Source: Candidatus Parachristensenella avicola | Lineage (GTDB): Bacteria > Bacillota > Clostridia > Christensenellales > UMGS416 | Direction: 5' to 3' | NCBI GenBank assembly: GCA_904420205.1 | Contig: CAJFUN010000024.1 | Location: 23,442-87,441, forward strand | DNA: 64,000 bases | Shown: in pieces, positions 48,217 to 56,920 of the stretch | Numbering within the stretch: position 1 is the first letter of the stretch | Layout: the number at the start of each line of letters is the position of its first letter | Program-made: the position numbers and the translations under genes | Notes under the pieces: generated by a model | Seen by the model: the letters and a program-made list of their open reading frames with translations, nothing else | Databases searched by the model: none | What the model was told of the DNA's origin: nothing

Positions 48217-49707
48217 TTAATCCTGACTGAAATCCATCGCATAGCCGACATGGGCTTGATCAAGGGGCGGGGTAAAGAGGCTGACCAATACCGTCAGCAA
48301 GATGGAAGCGCCCATGGCAAAGGTGCCAGCCATGGCAGAGGTAAAGCCGGGAACAAAGCGAGGCACGATCAGGTTGCAAATCAGGCTGACGGCAAGCCCA
48401 CCCAGGAAGCCCGCCCACGCGCCGGCGCGGGTAGCGCGCTTCATATAAAGCCCAGCCAGATAGGGCCCTAGGAAAGCGCCGGCCAGGGTGCCCCAGGATA
48501 GGTTCATTAGCTGGGTAATGGTATTGCTCTTGTTAATGGCCAACAGGAAGGAAAGAATAAGAAAGACGATGCAAACAAGCTGCATAAGCCCTTTATTCTT
48601 GCGCTGGGAGAGTTTTGCCCGCATGGAACCGGGTACGAGATCCACACATACTGCGGAGGAGGAGACTAGGATAAGGCTGGAGAGGGTGGACATGCTGGCA
48701 GAGAGCACAAGCACCATAACCAAGCCCAGCAGCAGCGAAGGAAGCGCGCTGAGCAGCATTTGCGGCACCAGTAGGGAAGTATTTCCAAGACCGGTCGCCG
48801 GATCGATGGGCAGCTGCGTCGGATCGCTGTTGAAGAGGCGGGCAAAGACGCCGACAAAATAGCATCCACCGCTGACAATCAGCGCAAATACCGTGGAAAT
48901 GATGGTACCTTGGCGGATCGCCGCTTTGTCGCGGATGGCATAGAATTTATGGGTCATCTGCGGCAGGCCCCATACGCCCAGCGAAGTCAGGATTACCAGG
49001 CTGGCCAGCGGCCATAGCTGTCCGGCGCCGCCCCAGGGGTGAGTCAGATCCGAATCAATGGCGGCGAGCTTATCCAGTCCCGCCTGTAGCCCCCCAACCT
49101 GAGGGCTTTTTAGCACAAAGACCACCACGAGCGCAATACCGATCAACATGATAACGCCCTGGAAGAAATCAGTCAGCGCTGTGGCCAGGTAGCCGCCGGC
49201 TACCAGATAAACGCCTGTAAGCACTACGATGCCAACGACGCACCAGATAAAGGGTAAGCCGATCAGCGTTTCAAACAAATAGCTGATACCCTGAAAGACC
49301 GAGGCGGAGTAAGGAAGAAGGAAGGCAAAAACCACCACTGCGGCCACCAGCTTCAGCTTTGGAGCTTGATAGCGGTTCTCCAGGAATTCCGGCATGGTTT
49401 TAGCGTCCAGCCGCTGCGTCATGGAGCGCGTCCGGCGGCCCAGCACCAACCAAGCCAGCAGGCTGCCGATGACCGCGTTGCCGATCCCGATCCATGTAGC
49501 GCTGGCGCCGAAGCCCCAGCCGAACTGGCCGGCGTAGCCGATAAACACCACTGCGGAAAAATAACTGGTGCCATAGGCAAAGGCTGTCATCCAAGGGCCC
49601 ATCCGGCGCCCGGCCAGCAAGAAATCTTCGCCAGAGCTAACGCGTCGGCTGGAGTATACGGCGATGCCGATGAGCACCGCCACATAGGCAATCATAAAGA
49701 CAATCAT
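48217..49707 (-). CDS. sodium:solute symporter family transporter
   Basis: The real start is taken at MIVFMIAYVAV... (ATG complement at 49705-49707, preceded by GGAAGGATGG). The translation contains GEDFLLAGRRMGPW and is multi-TM throughout. The upstream 319 codons of the listed 815-aa ORF are antisense to recD2 and look spurious. Confidence 0.8.
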   Translation of the reverse strand: MIVFMIAYVAVLIGIAVYSSRRVSSGEDFLLAGRRMGPWMTAFAYGTSYFSAVVFIGYAGQFGWGFGASATWIGIGNAVIGSLLAWLVLGRRTRSMTQRLDAKTMPEFLENRYQAPKLKLVAAVVVFAFLLPYSASVFQGISYLFETLIGLPFIWCVVGIVVLTGVYLVAGGYLATALTDFFQGVIMLIGIALVVVFVLKSPQVGGLQAGLDKLAAIDSDLTHPWGGAGQLWPLASLVILTSLGVWGLPQMTHKFYAIRDKAAIRQGTIISTVFALIVSGGCYFVGVFARLFNSDPTQLPIDPATGLGNTSLLVPQMLLSALPSLLLGLVMVLVLSASMSTLSSLILVSSSAVCVDLVPGSMRAKLSQRKNKGLMQLVCIVFLILSFLLAINKSNTITQLMNLSWGTLAGAFLGPYLAGLYMKRATRAGAWAGFLGGLAVSLICNLIVPRFVPGFTSAMAGTFAMGASILLTVLVSLFTPPLDQAHVGYAMDFSQD

Positions 49708-49871
49708 GAAAATACCATCCTTCCATCCTGCATAATACGCGGTTTTGGGCATAAAAAAACAAGCCGTACTACCAAAATTACACCCAATTCCTACCGTTCT
49801 ACAAAAATTATGATACACGATATTGGATATGGATGCAAGCCCTTTTTCGGCGGAGGGGAAAAAAGGCGGCG

Positions 49872-49900
49872 TTGAACATTGGTTCGCTTCAAGGTATAAT
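49872..49900 (+). promoter_or_regulatory. sigma-A type promoter upstream of recD2
   Basis: TTGAAC (49872-49877), a 17-nt spacer, then TATAAT (49895-49900). Confidence 0.6.
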
Positions 49901-49920
49901 AAACCATAAAGGAGGCGGCC

Positions 49921-52149
49921 ATGGAAAAGATTGTAGCCTCGGTGGAGGGGATTATCTACCGCAACGAGGATAATGGATATACGGTGGCGGAAATTGCCGT
50001 GGGGGATGATCTGGAGACCTGTGTGGGCATGCTGCCGGGCCTGCGGGAGGGCGAGCGGGTTGAGCTCTCCGGCGCATGGAAAACTCATCCAAGTTATGGC
50101 CGTCAATTTGCGGTGGATGCCTGCCGTCCGCTGCCGCCGGAGGGAGAGGAAGGGCTGATTCGCTATCTGGCCTCCGGCGTGGCGCCCGGTGTGGGCGAGG
50201 CCACCGCGCGTCGGATTGTGGAGGCCTTTGGCCAGCAAACGCTGGATGTTATCCATTACGATCCGGAACGGCTCAAGGAGGTTTCCGGAATCGGAGATGC
50301 CAAGGCCGAAGCGATTGCCGAGGCGCTCAGCCAGCACCTGGAGCTTCAAGAGGTGATGGTATTTTTGCAGTCCCTGGAAATTGGGCAGGCGCTGGCGATG
50401 AAGATCTATAAGACCTATGGCGAGAAAACCATGGATATCGTGCGCGAGGATCCATATCGGTTGGCTGGAGAGATCGACGGCGTAGGATTTCTGACGGCGG
50501 ACCGGATCGCTCGGCGGCTGAATATTGAGCCGGGCTCGCCTACCCGTGCCCGAGCGGGCATCCGGCATGTACTGAATGTGGCCGGTATGAACCGGGGGCA
50601 CTGTTGCCTGCCCAGCGACGAACTGATCGCCCAAGCACATCAGCTCCTGGGTGATGAAGTCCAAAGCCTAAACGAGGTTATGGAAAACATGATCCTTAAC
50701 CGGGAGCTGGTGCTCCGACGGATGGAGGATCGCGTGTTTTGCTATTTGCCTAGCTATTATTATGCGGAGAACCAGGTAGCGGCCATGGTTAGCGCGCTGG
50801 CGGCGCATCCAATCACGCCGCCCTTTGCGGATATGGAGGCTGCGGTAGAGATGAGTTCAGGCCTTCTATCCATCCGCTTATCCCAGCAGCAGCGCCAGGC
50901 GGTAGAGGCAGCGGCCCTGTCCGGCGTGGTGGTCATCACCGGCGGCCCAGGGACCGGGAAGACCACCGTTATCCGCTGTATCCTGGAGGTGCTGACCCAG
51001 GCGGGCAACAAGGTGGAGCTGGCTGCGCCTACCGGACGGGCGGCCAAGCGCATGTCCCAGGCGGCGGAGCATGAGGCGCGCACTTTGCATCGCCTCTTGG
51101 AATATGCTTTCGATGGGGAAAGCGGCAGCTTCCAGCGAGATGAAACCAATCCCTTGGAGTGCGACGCCGTCATTGTGGATGAGGTGTCCATGGTGGATAT
51201 ATTCCTCATGCAATCGTTGGTGCGGGCGATGACGCCGGGCATGCGGCTGATCCGGGTGGGCGACAGCGACCAGCTGCCGTCGGTGGGGCCCGGCATGGTC
51301 CTGCGCGATGTCATGGATTCGGGCGTAGCCAAGGTTTGCCGCCTGACGGAGATCTTCCGGCAGGCGCAGGAGTCTATGATCGTGGTGAACGCTCACCGGG
51401 TTAACGAAGGCCTGATGCCGCAGCTGCGCAGCGGCCGAGACTTCTTCTTTGAGGCCCGCACTACGGCTGAATCGGTCTATCAATCGGTCGAGGCGATGAT
51501 CGCCACACGCATTCCGGGTTATCTGCATTGCGACGGGTTTACCGATATCCAGGTCTTGGTCCCGATGCGCAAAGGGGAGCTGGGCGTGCTGCGGCTGAAT
51601 CAGCGGCTGCAGCGGGCGTTCAATCCGCCGGATTTAAAGAAGGCCGAGTTCTCCCACGGAGAGATGATTTTCCGCGAGGGGGATAAAGTCATGCAGATTA
51701 AGAATAACTACCAGATTGAATACCGAATGACCAACGAGCTGGGCGTAGAGGAGGAAGGAAAGGGCGTATTCAATGGCGATGCCGGAGTCATTACCCGAAT
51801 CGACGGCACCGTGCGATGCTTTGAGATCCTTTTTGACGATGGTAAGCTGGTGCGCTATGAATATGCACAGGCCGAGGAGATCGCCTTGGCATACGCCATC
51901 TCCATCCATAAAAGTCAGGGCAGCGAATTCCCCGTGGTGATTTTGCCGCTGCTGGGAGGCCCCGAGATGCTGCTGACCCGTAATCTTTTGTATACGGCTA
52001 TCACCCGGGCCAAAAGGATGGTGGTGATTGTGGGGTCCAAGCGTACGGTGGAAACCATGGTGCGCAATAAAAGAATTGTGCAACGCTACAGCGGCCTTGT
52101 CAGCGCTTTGCAGGCGCTGGGAACGACGGTGGATCATGCGGGCGCTTGA
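49921..52149 (+). CDS. recD2: ATP-dependent RecD-like DNA helicase (RecD2, SF1B)
   Basis: An N-terminal OB/HhH region is followed by Walker A GGPGTGKTT, DEVSMVD and GD.DQLPSVG.G. The C-terminus carries AISIHKSQGSE and YTAITRAK. Confidence 0.9.
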   Translation: MEKIVASVEGIIYRNEDNGYTVAEIAVGDDLETCVGMLPGLREGERVELSGAWKTHPSYGRQFAVDACRPLPPEGEEGLIRYLASGVAPGVGEATARRIVEAFGQQTLDVIHYDPERLKEVSGIGDAKAEAIAEALSQHLELQEVMVFLQSLEIGQALAMKIYKTYGEKTMDIVREDPYRLAGEIDGVGFLTADRIARRLNIEPGSPTRARAGIRHVLNVAGMNRGHCCLPSDELIAQAHQLLGDEVQSLNEVMENMILNRELVLRRMEDRVFCYLPSYYYAENQVAAMVSALAAHPITPPFADMEAAVEMSSGLLSIRLSQQQRQAVEAAALSGVVVITGGPGTGKTTVIRCILEVLTQAGNKVELAAPTGRAAKRMSQAAEHEARTLHRLLEYAFDGESGSFQRDETNPLECDAVIVDEVSMVDIFLMQSLVRAMTPGMRLIRVGDSDQLPSVGPGMVLRDVMDSGVAKVCRLTEIFRQAQESMIVVNAHRVNEGLMPQLRSGRDFFFEARTTAESVYQSVEAMIATRIPGYLHCDGFTDIQVLVPMRKGELGVLRLNQRLQRAFNPPDLKKAEFSHGEMIFREGDKVMQIKNNYQIEYRMTNELGVEEEGKGVFNGDAGVITRIDGTVRCFEILFDDGKLVRYEYAQAEEIALAYAISIHKSQGSEFPVVILPLLGGPEMLLTRNLLYTAITRAKRMVVIVGSKRTVETMVRNKRIVQRYSGLVSALQALGTTVDHAGA

Positions 52150-52798
52150 CTTGATTTTTCCCGATCCGCAGCGGTGTATGTTCTGCGGGCGCACCTTTCA
52201 GCCACGTAGCTGGGGCATCTGCCCCGAGTGCCTGAATGCGCTAAAGGAAGAAGCGCGCCTCCAGCGGCTGCCGGTGGCTTTTGGCGATGGCGCGGCGGCC
52301 TTTCAATATTGCGGCGCGGCGCGTAGCTGCCTGGTGGCGCTGAAGTTCCGGGGGGAAACGTGGCGGGCGCCGCTGATGGCACAGTGGATGGCGCATGCGG
52401 CTAAGGGGATGCAACCCGACGTGGTGGCGGCGGTGCCCATCCATCCGTTGCGGCGTATAGCCAGGGGGTATGGTCAGTGTGTGCTGCTGGCCAAGGGCAT
52501 AGCCGCTGCCCTCGAGCTGCCCTATGAGGGAGACGCGCTGCGACGCAGGCGACATGCGCCGCCACTGTACACCCTTCAGGCGGATGACCATGCCAGGGCG
52601 GTAGCCGGCCGCTTTTCTGCCGGCAAGGCGGCGGCACGGCTCAAGGGAAAGCATGTGCTGCTGGTGGACGACGTATGCACCACCGGAAGCACGCTGAACG
52701 AGTGCGCGCGGGTTTTGCTTCAGACAGGCGTATCTCGGGTGAGCGCAGTCTGCTTTGCCGCCGTGTCAGGCGCCGATCCGGTGGAAGGCCCTTTCTAG
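52136..52798 (+). CDS. comFC: ComF family protein (ComFC, phosphoribosyltransferase-like with N-terminal Zn-finger)
   Basis: ATG 52136 overlaps the recD2 stop. CMFCGR...CPEC and the PRT motif VLLVDDVCTTGSTL are present. Confidence 0.85.
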   Translation: MRALDLIFPDPQRCMFCGRTFQPRSWGICPECLNALKEEARLQRLPVAFGDGAAAFQYCGAARSCLVALKFRGETWRAPLMAQWMAHAAKGMQPDVVAAVPIHPLRRIARGYGQCVLLAKGIAAALELPYEGDALRRRRHAPPLYTLQADDHARAVAGRFSAGKAAARLKGKHVLLVDDVCTTGSTLNECARVLLQTGVSRVSAVCFAAVSGADPVEGPF

Positions 52799-52805
52799 CG
52801 CGTCC

Positions 52806-52834
52806 TTGCGAATTCACGCCAAGGGAGCTATAAT
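52806..52834 (+). promoter_or_regulatory. strong sigma-A type promoter directly after comFC
   Basis: TTGCGA (52806-52811), a 17-nt spacer, then TATAAT (52829-52834). Confidence 0.7.
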
Positions 52835-52840
52835 GTAAGG

Positions 52841-53055
52841 AGCGGAAAATAGGTCTGTGGTTGAAAGTCGAAGCCAGTCGCGGGCAAAACGATCCACGTA
52901 AGCCGGACAAAGTCCGGTGAGCATGGCGCGGTTTAGAAGTAAGTCCAGCCAGGAACAACTGAGAGAGGGACGCGTGAGGGGAATGCACCCCAAGCAAAAC
53001 CTCCAGCTGGCGGGTGTGGGGTCAAAGACCAGGTCAGCTGTTTTCCGCTTTTTCT
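52841..53055 (+). ncRNA. candidate structured ncRNA; raiA-motif RNA is the leading hypothesis. Alternatives are a 6S-like RNA or a long cis-regulatory leader of the pfkB-family gene.
   Basis: The region has its own consensus promoter and no credible ORF. The 5' end AGCGGAAAA (52841-52849) is perfectly complementary to UUUUCCGCU (53041-53049), closing a domain of about 210 nt. Internal hairpins are CCGGAC-AAA-GUCCGG (52903-52917) and GGGG-AAUGCA-CCCC (52978-52991). A strong terminator follows. The position immediately 3' of comFC matches the reported raiA-motif context. Confidence 0.5.
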
Positions 53056-53066
53056 CGAAATGGCGC

Positions 53067-53112
53067 AAAAGTCCCGTTCCCTTACGTCAAATAAGGGAAG
53101 GGACTTTTGTTG
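53067..53112 (+). terminator. strong intrinsic terminator ending the non-coding unit, 18 nt before the pfkB-family ATG
   Basis: A 17-bp stem with one bulge pairs AAAAGTCCCGTTCCCTTA (53067-53084) with TAAGGGAAGGGACTTTT (53092-53108), followed by a GTTGTGTG tail. Confidence 0.8.
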
Positions 53113-53129
53113 TGTGGGAAAGGAAGAAG

Positions 53130-54071
53130 ATGATGATTACATCGTTGTGTATGAATCCTTGCATTGATCGGACGCTGAATCTGGCATCTTTTGCCTGTGG
53201 CGGAATGAACCGCGCCGAATCGGTCAATCAGGATGGAGCGGGAAAAGGCGTTAATGTAGCGTTGGCCGGCAGCCAGATCGGCCTTGCCATGGGATGCATC
53301 GGGATCTTGGGCGAGGAAAACGGATACCTTGTAACAGACCGGCTACATAGCGCGGGTATTGCCCATGAATTTGTGATGCGTCCCGGCGCGATCCGGTGCA
53401 ATACAAAGATCGTGGACGCATCCACCCACCAGGTTACGGAGATTAACGAGGCAGGCGAGCCGGTGGGCAGCGGCTGCCTGGCTGAAGTGCTGGAGCTTTG
53501 CGGCAAGTGGGCTGAGAAAAGCCGGGCATTGGTGCTGTCGGGTTCGCTGCCGCCACGATGCCCGAAGAATTATTATGCGCAGATTATGGATCATGCGGCG
53601 CGGCGCGCGCCGGGCTGCGCCATGGTCGTGGATGCGGAAGGAGAAGCTTTGGCCTGCGCGCTGGACAAGAAGCCCTATCTCATCAAACCCAATCGATATG
53701 AGCTGGAGACACTTTGCGGCAGGCAGTTGGATTCGCCGGAGCAAGCGGCGGAAGAGGGGGCAAAGCTGCTGAAGCGCGGCGTGCAGCATGTAGTCGTATC
53801 CCTGGGGCGCGAGGGCGTCCTCGGGATGAGCAGCAAGGAAGTATGGTATGCGCCGGCCTTGCCATGCCCGGTGAAATCCACGGTAGGAGCGGGGGATTCC
53901 ATGCTTGCCGCTATAACGGGTGCGTTGACCGAGGGGGCGGGTATGGAGCAGGCCCTGATCCGGGGTGTTGCGCTGGCCACGGCAGCCGTCGCGACGCCCG
54001 GAACAGGCTGGATCGATACCGGCTTGTATCATGAAGCCCTCAAGCGCGTCAAACCGCAAAAGATGGTGTAA
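53130..54071 (+). CDS. 1-phosphofructokinase-family hexose kinase (PfkB/FruK/LacC family)
   Basis: MMITSLCMNPCIDRT...N......GGKG.NVA is present, with a C-terminal GAGDSM anion-hole motif. GGAAAGGAAG precedes ATG 53130. I rejected the upstream in-frame extension back to 52917. Confidence 0.8.
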   Translation: MMITSLCMNPCIDRTLNLASFACGGMNRAESVNQDGAGKGVNVALAGSQIGLAMGCIGILGEENGYLVTDRLHSAGIAHEFVMRPGAIRCNTKIVDASTHQVTEINEAGEPVGSGCLAEVLELCGKWAEKSRALVLSGSLPPRCPKNYYAQIMDHAARRAPGCAMVVDAEGEALACALDKKPYLIKPNRYELETLCGRQLDSPEQAAEEGAKLLKRGVQHVVVSLGREGVLGMSSKEVWYAPALPCPVKSTVGAGDSMLAAITGALTEGAGMEQALIRGVALATAAVATPGTGWIDTGLYHEALKRVKPQKMV

Positions 54072-54177
54072 TATCCTGGCAAATGAGCTGGGCGGGGCAG
54101 GCAAAGAAAAAGACGGCCAAAGAGGGATACTTCGTAAGAAAGTGAAAAATTGCCAGGAACAAATAGGAGGCTCCCTT

Positions 54178-54747
54178 ATGAAACATCGTGGTACACAACG
54201 GTTAGAAACTGAGCGATTAGTTTTAAGAAGATTTGTGCATGAAGACGCGGCAGCGATGTATAAAAATTGGGCAGCAGATGAGGAGGTCACAAAATACTTA
54301 ACGTGGCCGCCGCACTCCAATCCGGAAGTAAGTCAAAAGGTGATAGACGATTGGGTAAAAGCGTATGATAGCGAAAGATATTATCAATGGGCCATCGTGT
54401 TAAAAGAAAAAGGAGAACCCATCGGAAGCATAGCGGTAGTGCATATGAACGAAGATGTTTCCATGGCACAGATTGGCTATTGTATCGGAAAAACTTGGTG
54501 GCATACCGGTATCACATCAGAGGCATTAAAAGCAGTGATGGATTTCCTTTTTGATAGGGTCGATGCGCATCGTATAGAGAGTCGGCATGATCCGCGGAAC
54601 CCGAATTCAGGCAAAGTCATGAAAAAATGCGGCATGAAGTATGAGGGGACTTTACGGAGTTCTGATCGGAACAACCAAGGCATATGTGACGCTTGCTATT
54701 ATGCAATGCTAAAATCTGAGCGTTCCAAGGAAGCGCCTCTACGTTGA
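54178..54747 (+). CDS. GNAT family N-acetyltransferase (RimJ/RimL-like), low-GC gene
   Basis: GGAGG precedes ATG 54178. LETERLVLRRF...IGYCIG..WWH.GI.SEA...V.....R.....H...N..S..VM.K.GM..EG is present. A hand count of 54181-54240 gives about 37% GC. Confidence 0.75.
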   Translation: MKHRGTQRLETERLVLRRFVHEDAAAMYKNWAADEEVTKYLTWPPHSNPEVSQKVIDDWVKAYDSERYYQWAIVLKEKGEPIGSIAVVHMNEDVSMAQIGYCIGKTWWHTGITSEALKAVMDFLFDRVDAHRIESRHDPRNPNSGKVMKKCGMKYEGTLRSSDRNNQGICDACYYAMLKSERSKEAPLR

Positions 54748-54836
54748 TAACCTAAAAAACTCGACGATATTTCTTTTGTGTGCGCTAATTCAATAGAATC
54801 ATGGGGCGTTGAATCGGAATTTGTGGAACGATAATA

Positions 54837-55058
54837 ATGGGAAAAAATGTCTTAGTTAAATTTAACCTGGATCACAGAGATGATGTGGTAAAGTTTTTGA
54901 AAAGTCTGTGGAAAGAAGTTCCGCAGCCTTGTCCGCTGTGCGGTGGAAAAATAGATTATCTTCACAAAAAAGCAAAGAAAAGTAATTGTGATTGGGTTTG
55001 TACCGCTTGCGGCGAAAGATTTGATACCATTAAAATTTTAGAACAATTAAATGAGTGA
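54837..55058 (+). CDS. hypothetical small zinc-ribbon protein (73 aa), low-GC gene
   Basis: CPLCGG-x17-CTACGE (CxxC...CxxC) is present. A hand count of 54841-54900 gives about 30% GC. I recognise no homolog. Confidence 0.45.
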   Translation: MGKNVLVKFNLDHRDDVVKFLKSLWKEVPQPCPLCGGKIDYLHKKAKKSNCDWVCTACGERFDTIKILEQLNE

Positions 55059-55423
55059 CAACTTCTCATTTATCGGGCAATTTAGCAGGAGAGGGTACGC
55101 CCGATTTTTGCGTCGCGCCCTATTTCTCGTCCCTCTCTTTTCTTTTGCCGCTTTGACATTTTTCCACAAATGAGCCGATGGCCTATGTAATGGCTTAGTG
55201 GAACCACCCTTTACACAATGCCGCCCGGCTTTTGCAGTACGCCGCGCCCTACTGTGTTAAGCCGAAAATGGAGGGATGTTGCCGGATGTGCGATCAGCTG
55301 CGGGGCGCCTTGGGCGATCCAATAAAACAGATCGGTGTGCGGCTTGCTTCTTCTGATAGGACATGAAGGTAAACATGGCGGGGAAGAAAATGATCCAATA
55401 CGAATGGATTTCCCATGATATCG

Positions 55424-55457
55424 CCGTAAAACAGGATAAGCCGTAAAACAGGATAAG
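55424..55457. repeat. perfect 17-bp tandem duplication
   Basis: CCGTAAAACAGGATAAG occurs at 55424-55440 and again immediately at 55441-55457. Confidence 0.95.
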
Positions 55458-55680
55458 ACTCGATCCGTCGCTTCACTCCATCGTCGGAGATGAAAGGAGG
55501 GAGCGGCGATCATCAAAGAAAAGGTTCCCGCAAGATCATTTGATCATTTCGGTCCAATCATGTTGCTCACAGTACAGCGCTGCTATTCGGTGGCATAGAA
55601 AGAGCGGAAACTTTTTTCCTGCCGTACACAGGGATAGGGGGCGTCAGATTTTGACTCCCGAACCATCGTTGTCAAAATAA

Positions 55681-55711
55681 AACCGGCGTGACCATCATGG
55701 CCACGCCGGTT
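55681..55711. terminator. bidirectional intrinsic terminator (serves galE on the minus strand)
   Basis: A 10-bp stem pairs AACCGGCGTG (55681-55690) with CACGCCGGTT (55702-55711). It is flanked by AAAATAAAA on the left and TCTTTTTT on the right. Confidence 0.8.
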
Positions 55712-55787
55712 CTTTTTTAGCGGTAAATACTGCGTCGGGAAACCTTCCCTATGGCGGGTACCCCGATGCAGCAGCCTGTATTGGCAT

Positions 55788-56798
55788 TTAGTAACCCAGC
55801 ACCTTTTTGCGCTCCACATCGGTCCAGCGCAGTGCATCGGCAATGCCCTCTTCAATGCTCTTCTCTGCACGCCAACCCAGCAGCTTATGGGCACGGTCGG
55901 CATTGGCATAGGCGCCAGCCACATCGCCCGGACGGGGATCCGATTCGGCGACATTAAGCTTCTGCCCGAAAACCTTCTCAAAGGCGGCGACCAGCTCCTT
56001 GACGGTGACGCCATTGCCGGTTCCCAGATTGATCGGCAAAAAGTCGGCGCCTTCCACATCCATGGCGCTGTCGAACCGCTCCACCGCTTTAACGTGGGCG
56101 CAGGCCAGGTCCCAGACGTGAATATAGTCGCGGATGCCAGATCCGTCGCGGGTGGGCCAATTCACGCCGGTCACGGTGAATACGGGATCCTTGCCCAGCG
56201 CAACATTTACCATTTTACCCAGCACATGGGAAGGATTCGGATCATAAGGGCCCGTGCGCATCATCGGATCAGCACCGATGGGGTTGAAATATCGAAGGGC
56301 GATACCCTTGAGATCTGTGGCGCGGCACATATCCTCCATCACCATTTCCATCATTACCTTGGTGCGGGCATACGGGCTGGAAGGATCCTTAGGGGCGCTC
56401 TCGGTTACCATATAGTTGTCGGTATTGCTGTTGCCATAGATCGAGGCGGAAGAGGAGAAGATCAGCCGATGGCAGCCCAACTCATCCAGCGTTTTGAACA
56501 GTTCGAGAGACTTAACCACATTTTCATGATAATATTTGTAGGGTTCCCGCACCGATTCAGGCACTACGATCAACGCAGCGAAATGGATGCAGGCCTCAAT
56601 ATCGGGATGATCGGAGAAAATTTGCTTAATAAGCTTCGTATCGGCGATATCGCCCTGATAAAAAATGCGGCCCTTGGTAAATTCCCGGCGGCCGTTCACC
56701 AAGGAATCCAGGATAACGGGGGTATGGCCGGCCTCGATGAGCGCGGTTGAGGTGGTGGAGCCGATGTATCCGGCGCCGCCTGTGACCAATACTTTCAT
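55788..56798 (-). CDS. galE: UDP-glucose 4-epimerase
   Basis: MKVLVTGGAGYIGS and the catalytic YARTK (YxxxK) are present, in a 336-aa protein. Confidence 0.9.
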   Translation of the reverse strand: MKVLVTGGAGYIGSTTSTALIEAGHTPVILDSLVNGRREFTKGRIFYQGDIADTKLIKQIFSDHPDIEACIHFAALIVVPESVREPYKYYHENVVKSLELFKTLDELGCHRLIFSSSASIYGNSNTDNYMVTESAPKDPSSPYARTKVMMEMVMEDMCRATDLKGIALRYFNPIGADPMMRTGPYDPNPSHVLGKMVNVALGKDPVFTVTGVNWPTRDGSGIRDYIHVWDLACAHVKAVERFDSAMDVEGADFLPINLGTGNGVTVKELVAAFEKVFGQKLNVAESDPRPGDVAGAYANADRAHKLLGWRAEKSIEEGIADALRWTDVERKKVLGY

Positions 56799-56884
56799 GG
56801 CGCGTTCCTCCTGATAATTTGGATAACTTTATTTTACTTGATTCCCTTGAAGAGCGCAAGTGAAGGAAAACACAAAAAATACCG

Positions 56885-56913
56885 TTGACAATTGGGAGCA
56901 GCTCTGCTAGAAT
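56885..56913 (+). promoter_or_regulatory. promoter of the T-box leader
   Basis: TTGACA (56885-56890), a 17-nt spacer, then TAGAAT (56908-56913). Confidence 0.65.
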
Positions 56914-56920
56914 AAGGAAA

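Noticed and set aside
49708-50664. The upstream 319 codons of the 815-aa minus-strand ORF, which fuse the symporter to sequence antisense to recD2.
   Set aside because: The symporter has its own SD and ATG at 49707 with a typical SSF N-terminus. The upstream part is antisense to the strongly supported RecD2 helicase and has non-protein-like composition.
52841-53055. Assignment of the comFC-downstream RNA as 6S RNA or SRP RNA, based on shared 10-mers with the E. coli 6S (GGUGAGCAUG) and 4.5S (ACCAGGUCAG) sequences.
   Set aside because: I could not build the long rod-like closing and terminal helices with a central bubble expected for 6S. The invariant SRP domain IV sequence (GGAAGCAGC with a GNRA loop) is absent. 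Both 10-mer matches rely on memory, and at least one must be coincidence. I keep 6S only as an alternative hypothesis.
52917-53129. An in-frame, stop-free extension of the pfkB-family ORF through the candidate ncRNA region.
   Set aside because: It starts at a GTG without an SD. It encodes an Arg/Lys/Ser-rich low-complexity peptide and would be translated through a 17-bp terminator hairpin. PfkB-family kinases normally begin at the MMITS..NPCIDRT position.
54178-55058. The GNAT plus small downstream ORF interpreted as a GNAT-type toxin-antitoxin pair.
   Set aside because: Known GNAT toxin systems have a small RHH or HTH antitoxin upstream that overlaps the toxin. Here the small gene is downstream, separated by 89 nt, and is a Zn-ribbon. 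The GNAT looks RimJ/RimL-like rather than TacT/AtaT-like.
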